The position numbers and the translations under genes were made by a program. A stretch of DNA of 64,000 bases from Eledone cirrhosa (taxonomy: Eukaryota), in assembly GCA_964016885.1 (NCBI GenBank), contig OZ024741.1:412238001-412302000 (forward strand), read 5' to 3'. Position 1 is the first letter of the stretch. Each line of letters starts with the position of its first letter. Positions 40,973-50,340 of this stretch are shown here, one piece after another. A model generated the notes under the pieces. That model saw nothing but the letters and a program-made list of their open reading frames with translations. It was not told the origin of the DNA and ran no database searches.

Positions 40973-43900
40973 TCATCATCATCATCATCATCACCGTTTT
41001 ACGTCCGTTCTTCCACGCTAGCATGGGTTAGACGGGTTGTCCTGTTGTGGGCAGTGTCTGGTCGGCTGACCATGCCTTGCTCATACAGGAACTGATCTGG
41101 CTTGATTTCTACAGCTGGATGCCCTTCCTAACACCAACCTCATTTACAGTGAGTGCTGGGTGCTTTTTCGTGGCGCCTACACGTCCACTTTACAGTGTGG
41201 GCTGGGTGCTTTTTTGCCGTGGCACCTCCACGACCACCTTGCAGTGGGGGGAGTGGGGGCATATTGTTTATATGCTTCAGCATGTACCCATGGGAGGTCG
41301 GGTACCCTGTATTACTGCGTGACGCCAGAAGTCACGGTCGTGTGTCATTGTCTTTGAGAGGTGTAGTTGGGTAAGGTCGGCTTTTATCACCTCATCCCAA
41401 GTCATCTTGGGTCTCCCCACTCCGCGGTTTCCATCAACTTCTAGTGCTCTGCACCTTTTTATGCAGCTGTCATCCTTCATACGCATCACATGTCCATACC
41501 AGCGTAACCGCCTCTCCTGCACGCAGCATTTGATTCCTCTTATGCTCAGTCTCTCTCTCAATTCCTTTATGCTTTGTCGTTCACGTATATTACTGTTACA
41601 CATCCATCGGAGCATGCAGGCTTCGTTTCTCTCTAATCTACGTAAGTCTTCCACCTTCAGCGCCCAGGTCTCACTACCATGCAACATTGCTGTTCGGATA
41701 CACGCATCATACAGTCTGCCTTTCATTCTGAGGGAGAAGCCTTTTGCAGCTAGCAGTGGTAGTAGTTCCCTAAACTTCTTCCATCCCGTTCTTACCCTAG
41801 TTATTGTACTTTCTGAGCACCCACCTCCGTTGCTAATTCGGTCACCTAGGTAGCAGAAGCTGTCTACTGTTTCTACAGGGCCCTCCCAGAGATTGGTGGT
41901 ACTTGTTTCCTGTGGCTGTTTGCTTGCTGTTTCAGCACAGCTGCTGCATGTGAATCCTACATTCTTAATTAAGCTTCCTGAGATCCCGCTACATCTCTTG
42001 TGTACCCATTGTTTGCATTTGGGGCAGAGAATGGAGTTCCTACCTACACCTTTCCTACATACTGAGCAAGGCCATTTCCCTGAGGGGATCTGGGTTCTGT
42101 TTTCTCGTCTACTTACAAGGACCTTAGTCTTTGTCATGTTGACTTTGAGGCCCTTTCTCTCTAGTCCCTGCTTCCAGGTTTGGAATTTATTCTCTAGTTC
42201 TACCATAGATTCAGCTATGAGTGCGAGGTCATCAGCATACAGGAGTTCCCATGGGCATCCAGTCTTAAACTCCTCCGTTATTGCCTGCAGGACTATGATG
42301 AACAGGAGAGGGCTAAGAACAGAGCCCTGGTGGACCCCAACCTGTACGCTAAATTGCTCGCTATACTCATTGCTAATCCTAACTTTGCTGACTGCTCCCC
42401 TATACATGGCTTGTACCGCTTTCACAAGCCATTCATCTACTCCTAGTTTTCTAAGAGCCCACCAGATTACTGCACGTGGAACTCTGTCAAAGGCTTTCTC
42501 AAGGTCGACAAATGCCAAGTAGAGTGGCTTACTTTTAGCTAGGTACTTTTCCTGTAATTGCCTCACAAGGAAGAGGGCATCAGTGGTGCCTCTCCCTGGT
42601 ACAAACCCAAATTGCATCTCGTCTATATTCACCCGGTCCCTAATCAGCTGTGCTATAACTCTTTCTGTTACTTTCATGACCTGGTCCATCAACTTTATAC
42701 CTCTATAGTTTCCTCTATCTAGTGCATCGCCTTTACCTTTGTAGCAGTTGACAATGATGCTACTGCACCAATCTTTTGGTATGGCCCCTTCTAGTATTAC
42801 CTGGTTAACGATACGTGTGGTTATAGTGTGACCTACAGACCCAGATGCCTTCAGCATCTCGGCAGCTATAGCCGATGGACCGGTTGCCTTCCCCATCTTC
42901 ATATCTCTGATTGCCTTACTTACTACGCTGCTGCTGACTTGTACTGCTGGTCCCTCTATAGGGTCTACATGGGGTAGGGTCTCTTCTTGCCATGCATTCT
43001 CCTCATTTAGTAATCTATCATAATGACTCTTCCATGCATCTTTCTTCTCAGCACTTGTGAGGGCAAGCTCACCTTTATCATTCCGGATACACTTCTCTCC
43101 AATGACATCACAACTATCTCTGACACACTGCCTCGCAATCTTGAATACTTCCTGTTTCTGGTCCTCACGTTGTAAAACATGCTTGAATTTTCTATCCTCT
43201 GCTTCCCTCCTAGCTAAGTATACTTGTCGCCTAGCTTCCCTCTTGGTCTCTATGTAATGTACCCTGCTCCCCCCGTTCTTCCATTCTTTCCATGCCTGTC
43301 TCTTGGCCTTGACTGCTTCATCTACCTTATTGTTCCACCACCAAGTCACTCTCCTCCTGCTTGAGGTCTTACTCCAGCCACAAACCTCATCCGTCGCCTC
43401 TAGTAAGTTATTTTTTAGGAACTCCCAGTTCTCTTCTACGTTAAATGTCTCTATCTGTTCTTCTTTACTGTCATAGGCGTTGAGTAAAATATCTTTAAAT
43501 CTGTTACTGGTTGAGGGGACTTTCAGCTTCCAGATCTTTCTTCTCCAGGTTGGCCTCTGTTTCCGGGTTCGTCTAGTTCTGACCGTGAGGTCGCTGACAA
43601 CTAAGCTATGTTGGGATGTACATTCCTCACTAGGGAAGGCTTTTGTGTTTACGACCGTCCATCTGTCACGTCCTCTGATGAGGATAAAATCTAACTGACT
43701 AGAGTGCTCCCCTGATCTATAGGTGATCAGGTGGTTGTCGGGTTTTTTAAAGTTTGTGTTACATATCGACATGTCATTGGCGTCGCAGAATTCTAGAAGT
43801 CTGAATCCTTCCTCATTCCTTGTGCCAACTCCATGGCCTCCATGTACTCTATTGAAGCCGTCGCAGTGTTTACCTACGTGTCCGTTAAAATCTCCTGCAA

Positions 43901-44934
43901 TGATTAGGAAGTCCTTGTCGTCTGTTAGAGCAGTAGTGTGTATTAGGGACTCGTAAAACCTATCCTTAAGTTCGTCTGGCAGCCCCGATTGGGGTACGTA
44001 AGCTGATATTATTGTGGTAATTGTCTTATTCAGGACTAGTCTGAGTTTAATGATTCTTGCATTTACCCTGTACACTGAGATTACTTTATCGACCCACTTG
44101 TCAGCTAATAGTATACCTACACCACCCATCCCATCGTCATTTCCCACCCAGAAAAATTTGTAGCACTGGCTTTTTCCTACAAGGACTCTAGCAGACCCTC
44201 CTCTCCATCTAGTCTCTTGCACACAGCATACATCAACTTCCTTTCGCTCTAGCATTTCTACGATTTCCCCTGCTCTTCCTTTCATTGAGCCTACATTGAT
44301 GGTACCAACTCGGAGTTTTGGGCATTTGTCGACACTCGTAGGGGAGGGTCTCTGGGTTGGCGCTTCACATGGGTGCTTGGTAGCTCGCAGATTCATATTT
44401 CATCTATTGATTCAGAGTTGCTCAAATGTATTCTCAGCTCATCCATCCATAACGGTGGGAAAATTGAGGGCTAGAAGAACAGTGGTGGTGGGGTAATGGC
44501 AGGGTGTGTTGGGATGCGCCAGAGGAGGAGAGAGTTAGTTAGGCAGGTAGTAGCAGCAGCAGTGGAAATGGCACGCTAGGTTTGATTGGTCGAATAGACT
44601 ATGGTGGTGTGTGGGGGTGGGGGGGAGAGAGCTTGTGAGGTAGGAACTGAGGGTCGCATGGTAAATAACTGAGAGAGATACAATAGAATTAGAATACCGC
44701 ATGGTAAATATCCAAGTTAATACTACATCAGTAAAATTAACAATAATAACGTCATGAAAACTACTAAGAAAAACCCTCGAAAATTTATCGCTAATACAGC
44801 AGGGAACATCATTAATATTACCAACAATATGTAGGCTAAAATACCTTCGGAGATTAGTGAGGATGGATGGATGGCTGGAACAATTGGAATCAACTCTAGT
44901 GATACATTTTAGCAGAGAAGAATGGGAAAGTGTC
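40972..44934 (-). mobile_element. Full-length RTE-clade non-LTR retrotransposon, copy 1
   Basis: ~540-bp 5'UTR starting GACACTTTCCC, single 1039-aa ORF, ~300-bp 3'UTR, (GAT)n tail, (TA)n flanks. Confidence 0.96.
41277..44396 (-). CDS. APE endonuclease-reverse transcriptase polyprotein with inserted PHD-type zinc finger
   Basis: APE motifs GTINV, CVQET, GDFNGH, SQLDFIL, TSQH; RT motifs NYRGIKL, QFGF, DLEKAFD, QGSVLSPLLF, YADD; C-x2-C...C-x2-C-x4-H-x2-C...C-x2-C finger; RTE-type C-terminus RRLRWYGHVMR...GRP. Confidence 0.97.
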   Translation of the reverse strand: MNLRATKHPCEAPTQRPSPTSVDKCPKLRVGTINVGSMKGRAGEIVEMLERKEVDVCCVQETRWRGGSARVLVGKSQCYKFFWVGNDDGMGGVGILLADKWVDKVISVYRVNARIIKLRLVLNKTITTIISAYVPQSGLPDELKDRFYESLIHTTALTDDKDFLIIAGDFNGHVGKHCDGFNRVHGGHGVGTRNEEGFRLLEFCDANDMSICNTNFKKPDNHLITYRSGEHSSQLDFILIRGRDRWTVVNTKAFPSEECTSQHSLVVSDLTVRTRRTRKQRPTWRRKIWKLKVPSTSNRFKDILLNAYDSKEEQIETFNVEENWEFLKNNLLEATDEVCGWSKTSSRRRVTWWWNNKVDEAVKAKRQAWKEWKNGGSRVHYIETKREARRQVYLARREAEDRKFKHVLQREDQKQEVFKIARQCVRDSCDVIGEKCIRNDKGELALTSAEKKDAWKSHYDRLLNEENAWQEETLPHVDPIEGPAVQVSSSVVSKAIRDMKMGKATGPSAIAAEMLKASGSVGHTITTRIVNQVILEGAIPKDWCSSIIVNCYKGKGDALDRGNYRGIKLMDQVMKVTERVIAQLIRDRVNIDEMQFGFVPGRGTTDALFLVRQLQEKYLAKSKPLYLAFVDLEKAFDRVPRAVIWWALRKLGVDEWLVKAVQAMYRGAVSKVRISNEYSEQFSVQVGVHQGSVLSPLLFIIVLQAITEEFKTGCPWELLYADDLALIAESMVELENKFQTWKQGLERKGLKVNMTKTKVLVSRRENRTQIPSGKWPCSVCRKGVGRNSILCPKCKQWVHKRCSGISGSLIKNVGFTCSSCAETASKQPQETSTTNLWEGPVETVDSFCYLGDRISNGGGCSESTITRVRTGWKKFRELLPLLAAKGFSLRMKGRLYDACIRTAMLHGSETWALKVEDLRRLERNEACMLRWMCNSNIRERQSIKELRERLSIRGIKCCVQERRLRWYGHVMRMKDDSCIKRCRALEVDGNRGVGRPKMTWDEVIKADLTQLHLSKTMTHDRDFWRHAVIQGTRPPMGTC

Positions 44935-44973
44935 TTATATATTAATATATATATATATATATATATTTAGTGT

Positions 44974-45014
<41 letters not shown>

Positions 45015-45018
<4 letters not shown>

Positions 45019-48000
45019 TCATCATCATCATCACCGTTTTACGTCCGTTCTTCCACGCTAGCATGGGTTAGACGGGTTGTCCTGTTGTGGGCAGTGTCTG
45101 GTCGGCTGACCATGCCTTGCTCATACAGGAACTGATCTGGCTTGATTTCTACAGCTGGATGCCCTTCCTAACACCAACCTCATTTACAGTGAGTGCTGGG
45201 TGCTTTTTCGTGGCGCCTACACGTCCACTTTACAGTGTGGGCTGGGTGCTTTTTTGCCGTGGCACCTCCACGACCACCTTGCGGTGGGGGGAGTGGGGGC
45301 ATATTGTTTATATGCTTCAGCATGTACCCATGGGAGGTCGGGTACCCTGTATTACTGCGTGACGCCAGAAGTCACGGTCGTGTGTCATTGACTTTGAGAG
45401 GTGTAGTTGGGTAAGGTCGGCTTTTATCACCTCATCCCAAGTCATATTGGGTCTCCCCACTCCGCGGTTTCCATCAACTTCTAGTGCTCTGCACCTTTTT
45501 ATGCAGCTGTCATCCTTCATACGCATCACATGTCCATACCAGCGTAACCGCCTCTCCTGCACGCAGCATTTGATTCCTCTTATGCTCAGTCTCTCTCTCA
45601 ATTCCTTTATGCTTTGTCGTTCACGTATATTACTGTTACACATCCATCGGAGCATGCAGGCTTCGTTTCTCTCTAATCTACGTAAGTCTTCCACCTTCAG
45701 CGCCCAGGTCTCACTACCATGCAACATTGCTGTTCGGATACACGCATCATACAGTCTGCCTTTCATTCTGAGGGAGAAGCCTTTTGCAGCTAGCAGTGGT
45801 AGTAGTTCCCTAAACTTCTTCCATCCCGTTCTTACCCTAGTTATTGTACTTTCTGAGCACCCACCTCCGTTGCTAATTCGGTCACCTAGGTAGCAGAAGC
45901 TGTCTACTGTTTCTACAGGGCCCTCCCAGAGATTGGTGGTACTTGTTTCCTGTGGCTGTTTGCTTGCTGTTTCAGCACAGCTGCTGCATGTGAATCCTAC
46001 ATTCTTAATTAAGCTTCCTGAGATCCCGCTACATCTCTTGTGTACCCATTGTTTGCATTTGGGGCAGAGAATGGAGTTCCTACCTACACCTTTCCTACAT
46101 ACTGAGCAAGGCCATTTCCCTGAGGGGATCTGGGTTCTGTTTTCTCGTCTACTTACAAGGACCTTAGTCTTTGTCATGTTGACTTTGAGGCCCTTTCTCT
46201 CTAGTCCCTGCTTCCAGGTTTGGAATTTATTCTCTAGTTCTACCATAGATTCAGCTATGAGTGCGAGGTCATCAGCATACAGGAGTTCCCATGGGCATCC
46301 AGTCTTAAACTCCTCCGTTATTGCCTGCAGGACTATGATGAACAGGAGAGGGCTAAGAACAGAGCCCTGGTGGACCCCAACCTGTACGCTAAATTGCTCG
46401 CTATACTCATTGCTAATCCTAACTTTGCTGACTGCTCCCCTATACATGGCTTGTACCGCTTTCACAAGCCATTCATCTACTCCTAGTTTTCTAAGAGCCC
46501 ACCAGATTACTGCACGTGGAACTCTGTCAAAGGCTTTCTCAAGGTCGACAAATGCCAAGTAGAGTGGCTTACTTTTAGCTAGGTACTTTTCCTGTAATTG
46601 CCTCACAAGGAAGAGGGCATCAGTGGTGCCTCTCCCTGGTACAAACCCAAATTGCATCTCGTCTATATTCACCCGGTCCCTAATCAGCTGTGCTATAACT
46701 CTTTCTGTTACTTTCATGACCTGGTCCATCAACTTTATACCTCTATAGTTTCCTCTATCTAGTGCATCGCCTTTACCTTTGTAGCAGTTGACAATGATGC
46801 TACTGCACCAATCTTTTGGTATGGCCCCTTCTAGTATTACCTGGTTAACGATACGTGTGGTTATAGTGTGACCTACAGACCCAGATGCCTTCAGCATCTC
46901 GGCAGCTATAGCCGATGGACCGGTTGCCTTCCCCATCTTCATATCTCTGATTGCCTTACTTACTACGCTGCTGCTGACTTGTACTGCTGGTCCCTCTATA
47001 GGGTCTACATGGGGTAGGGTCTCTTCTTGCCATGCATTCTCCTCATTTAGTAATCTATCATAATGACTCTTCCATGCATCTTTCTTCTCAGCACTTGTGA
47101 GGGCAAGCTCACCTTTATCATTCCGGATACACTTCTCTCCAATGACATCACAACTATCTCTGACACACTGCCTCGCAATCTTGAATACTTCCTGTTTCTG
47201 GTCCTCACGTTGTAAAACATGCTTGAATTTTCTATCCTCTGCTTCCCTCCTAGCTAAGTATACTTGTCGCCTAGCTTCCCTCTTGGTCTCTATGTAATGT
47301 ACCCTGCTCCCCCCGTTCTTCCATTCTTTCCATGCCTGTCTCTTGGCCTTGACTGCTTCATCTACCTTATTGTTCCACCACCAAGTCACTCTCCTCCTGC
47401 TTGAGGTCTTACTCCAGCCACAAACCTCATCCGTCGCCTCTAGTAAGTTATTTTTTAGGAACTCCCAGTTCTCTTCTACGTTAAATGTCTCTATCTGTTC
47501 TTCTTTACTGTCATAGGCGTTGAGTAAAATATCTTTAAATCTGTTACTGGTTGAGGGGACTTTCAGCTTCCAGATCTTTCTTCTCCAGGTTGGCCTCTGT
47601 TTCCGGGTTCGTCTAGTTCTGACCGTGAGGTCGCTGACAACTAAGCTATGTTGGGATGTACATTCCTCACTAGGGAAGGCTTTTGTGTTTACGACCGTCC
47701 ATCTGTCACGTCCTCTGATGAGGATAAAATCTAACTGACTAGAGTGCTCCCCTGATCTATAGGTGATCAGGTGGTTGTCGGGTTTTTTAAAGTTTGTGTT
47801 ACATATCGACATGTCATTGGCGTCGCAGAATTCTAGAAGTCTGAATCCTTCCTCATTCCTTGTGCCAACTCCATGGCCTCCATGTACTCTATTGAAGCCG
47901 TCGCAGTGTTTACCTACGTGTCCGTTAAAATCTCCTGCAATGATTAGGAAGTCCTTGTCGTCTGTTAGAGCAGTAGTGTGTATTAGGGACTCGTAAAACC

Positions 48001-48974
48001 TATCCTTAAGTTCGTCTGGCAGCCCCGATTGGGGTACGTAAGCTGATATTATTGTGGTAATTGTCTTATTCAGGACTAGTCTGAGTTTAATGATTCTTGC
48101 ATTTACCCTGTACACTGAGATTACTTTATCGACCCACTTGTCAGCTAATAGTATACCTACACCACCCATCCCATCGTCATTTCCCACCCAGAAAAATTTG
48201 TAGCACTGGCTTTTTCCTACAAGGACTCTAGCAGACCCTCCTCTCCATCTAGTCTCTTGCACACAGCATACATCAACTTCCTTTCGCTCTAGCATTTCTA
48301 CGATTTCCCCTGCTCTTCCTTTCATTGAGCCTACATTGATGGTACCAACTCGGAGTTTTGGGCATTTGTCGACACTCGTAGGGGAGGGTCTCTGGGTTGG
48401 CGCTTCACATGGGTGCTTGGTAGCTCGCAGATTCATATTTCATCTATTGATTCAGAGTTGCTCAAATGTATTCTCAGCTCATCCATCCATAACGGTGGGA
48501 AAATTGAGGGCTAGAAGAACAGTGGTGGTGGGGTAATGGCAGGGTGTGTTGGGATGCGCCAGAGGAGGAGAGAGTTAGTTAGGCAGGTAGTAGCAGCAGC
48601 AGTGGAAATGGCACGCTAGGTTTGATTGGTCGAATAGACTATGGTGGTGTGTGGGGGTGGGGGGGAGAGAGCTTGTGAGGTAGGAACTGAGGGTCGCATG
48701 GTAAATAACTGAGAGAGATACAATAGAATTAGAATACCGCATGGTAAATATCCAAGTTAATACTACATCAGTAAAATTAACAATAATAACGTCATGAAAA
48801 CTACTAAGAAAAACCCTCGAAAATTTATCGCTAATACAGCAGGGAACATCATTAATATTACCAACAATATGTAGGCTAAAATACCTTCGGAGATTAGTGA
48901 GGATGGATGGATGGCTGGAACAATTGGAATCAACTCTAGTGATACATTTTAGCAGAGAAGAATGGGAAAGTGTC
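45015..48974 (-). mobile_element. Full-length RTE-clade non-LTR retrotransposon, copy 2 (4040-bp offset from copy 1)
   Basis: Essentially identical to copy 1; three substitutions seen near the 3' end and one fewer GAT in the tail. Confidence 0.96.
45317..48436 (-). CDS. APE endonuclease-reverse transcriptase polyprotein with inserted PHD-type zinc finger (copy 2)
   Basis: 1039-aa open frame that differs from copy 1 only at K>N (GRPK/NMTW) and T>S (SKT/SM). Confidence 0.97.
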   Translation of the reverse strand: MNLRATKHPCEAPTQRPSPTSVDKCPKLRVGTINVGSMKGRAGEIVEMLERKEVDVCCVQETRWRGGSARVLVGKSQCYKFFWVGNDDGMGGVGILLADKWVDKVISVYRVNARIIKLRLVLNKTITTIISAYVPQSGLPDELKDRFYESLIHTTALTDDKDFLIIAGDFNGHVGKHCDGFNRVHGGHGVGTRNEEGFRLLEFCDANDMSICNTNFKKPDNHLITYRSGEHSSQLDFILIRGRDRWTVVNTKAFPSEECTSQHSLVVSDLTVRTRRTRKQRPTWRRKIWKLKVPSTSNRFKDILLNAYDSKEEQIETFNVEENWEFLKNNLLEATDEVCGWSKTSSRRRVTWWWNNKVDEAVKAKRQAWKEWKNGGSRVHYIETKREARRQVYLARREAEDRKFKHVLQREDQKQEVFKIARQCVRDSCDVIGEKCIRNDKGELALTSAEKKDAWKSHYDRLLNEENAWQEETLPHVDPIEGPAVQVSSSVVSKAIRDMKMGKATGPSAIAAEMLKASGSVGHTITTRIVNQVILEGAIPKDWCSSIIVNCYKGKGDALDRGNYRGIKLMDQVMKVTERVIAQLIRDRVNIDEMQFGFVPGRGTTDALFLVRQLQEKYLAKSKPLYLAFVDLEKAFDRVPRAVIWWALRKLGVDEWLVKAVQAMYRGAVSKVRISNEYSEQFSVQVGVHQGSVLSPLLFIIVLQAITEEFKTGCPWELLYADDLALIAESMVELENKFQTWKQGLERKGLKVNMTKTKVLVSRRENRTQIPSGKWPCSVCRKGVGRNSILCPKCKQWVHKRCSGISGSLIKNVGFTCSSCAETASKQPQETSTTNLWEGPVETVDSFCYLGDRISNGGGCSESTITRVRTGWKKFRELLPLLAAKGFSLRMKGRLYDACIRTAMLHGSETWALKVEDLRRLERNEACMLRWMCNSNIRERQSIKELRERLSIRGIKCCVQERRLRWYGHVMRMKDDSCIKRCRALEVDGNRGVGRPNMTWDEVIKADLTQLHLSKSMTHDRDFWRHAVIQGTRPPMGTC

Positions 48975-49013
48975 TTATATATTAATATATATATATATAT
49001 ATATATTTAGTGT

Positions 49014-49054
<41 letters not shown>

Positions 49055-49058
<4 letters not shown>

Positions 49059-50094
49059 TCATCATCATCATCACCGTTTTACGTCCGTTCTTCCACGCTA
49101 GCATGGGTTAGACGGGTTGTCCTGTTGTGGGCAGTGTCTGGTCGGCTGACCATGCCTTGCTCATACAGGAACTGATCTGGCTTGATTTCTACAGCTGGAT
49201 GCCCTTCCTAACACCAACCTCATTTACAGTGAGTGCTGGGTGCTTTTTCGTGGCGCCTACACGTCCACTTTACAGTGTGGGCTGGGTGCTTTTTTGCCGT
49301 GGCACCTCCACGACCACCTTGCGGTGGGGGGAGTGGGGGCATATTGTTTATATGCTTCAGCATGTACCCATGGGAGGTCGGGTACCCTGTATTACTGCGT
49401 GACGCCAGAAGTCACGGTCGTGTGTCATTGACTTTGAGAGGTGTAGTTGGGTAAGGTCGGCTTTTATCACCTCATCCCAAGTCATATTGGGTCTCCCCAC
49501 TCCGCGGTTTCCATCAACTTCTAGTGCTCTGCACCTTTTTATGCAGCTGTCATCCTTCATACGCATCACATGTCCATACCAGCGTAACCGCCTCTCCTGC
49601 ACGCAGCATTTGATTCCTCTTATGCTCAGTCTCTCTCTCAATTCCTTTATGCTTTGTCGTTCACGTATATTACTGTTACACATCCATCGGAGCATGCAGG
49701 CTTCGTTTCTCTCTAATCTACGTAAGTCTTCCACCTTCAGCGCCCAGGTCTCACTACCATGCAACATCGCTGTTCGGATACACGCATCATACAGTCTGCC
49801 TTTCATTCTGAGGGAGAAGCCTTTTGCAGCTAGCAGTGGTAGTAGTTCCCTAAACTTCTTCCATCCCGTTCTTACCCTAGTTATTGTACTTTCTGAGCAC
49901 CCACCTCCGTTGCTAATTCGGTCACCTAGGTAGCAGAAGCTGTCTACTGTTTCTACAGGGCCCTCCCAGAGATTGGTGGTACTTGTTTCCTGTGGCTGTT
50001 TGCTTGCTGTTTCAGCACAGCTGCTGCATGTGAATCCTACATTCTTAATTAAGCTTCCTGAGATCCCGCTACATCTCTTGTGTACCCATTGTTT
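49055..50094 (-). mobile_element. 5'-truncated third copy of the same RTE element
   Basis: Same 4040-bp phase; carries the copy-2 alleles plus one private change at ~49767; breaks off inside the PHD finger at ...CCCATTGTTT. Confidence 0.95.
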
Positions 50095-50122
50095 ACCTAT
50101 ATATATATAGTGTCTTATATAT

Positions 50123-50153
<31 letters not shown>

Positions 50154-50155
<2 letters not shown>

Positions 50156-50313
50156 GTGAAATTCCATTGTAACGAAATTCAAGCGTATAGAAAAAATTTG
50201 TTATGATTAAAAATTCTTTACGAGATCAACCATAAAACATTGAGTGTCTGTTGTGTGAGCATAGAACAACATTGCATTATACTGAAACATTCGTTATATC
50301 AGAATTTGATCTG
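50154..50313. mobile_element. Degenerate Tc1/mariner (pogo/Tigger-type) MITE
   Basis: Ends TAGTGAAATTCCATTGTAACGAA and TTCGTTATATCAGAATTTGATCTG are loosely complementary and resemble CAGT..AA.....TAACGAA-type TIRs; TA-rich flanks. Confidence 0.4.
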
Positions 50314-50340
50314 TTTGTATATATGATGATGATGATGATG

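Noticed and set aside
44700-44934. HDV-like ribozyme at the RTE 5' end (known in some RTEs)
   Set aside because: I could not identify the nested double-pseudoknot pairing by eye; a descriptor search is needed.
41047-49933. Plus-strand ORFs of 63-209 aa overlapping the LINEs
   Set aside because: Antisense shadows of the RT ORF and 3'UTR with no recognisable motifs.
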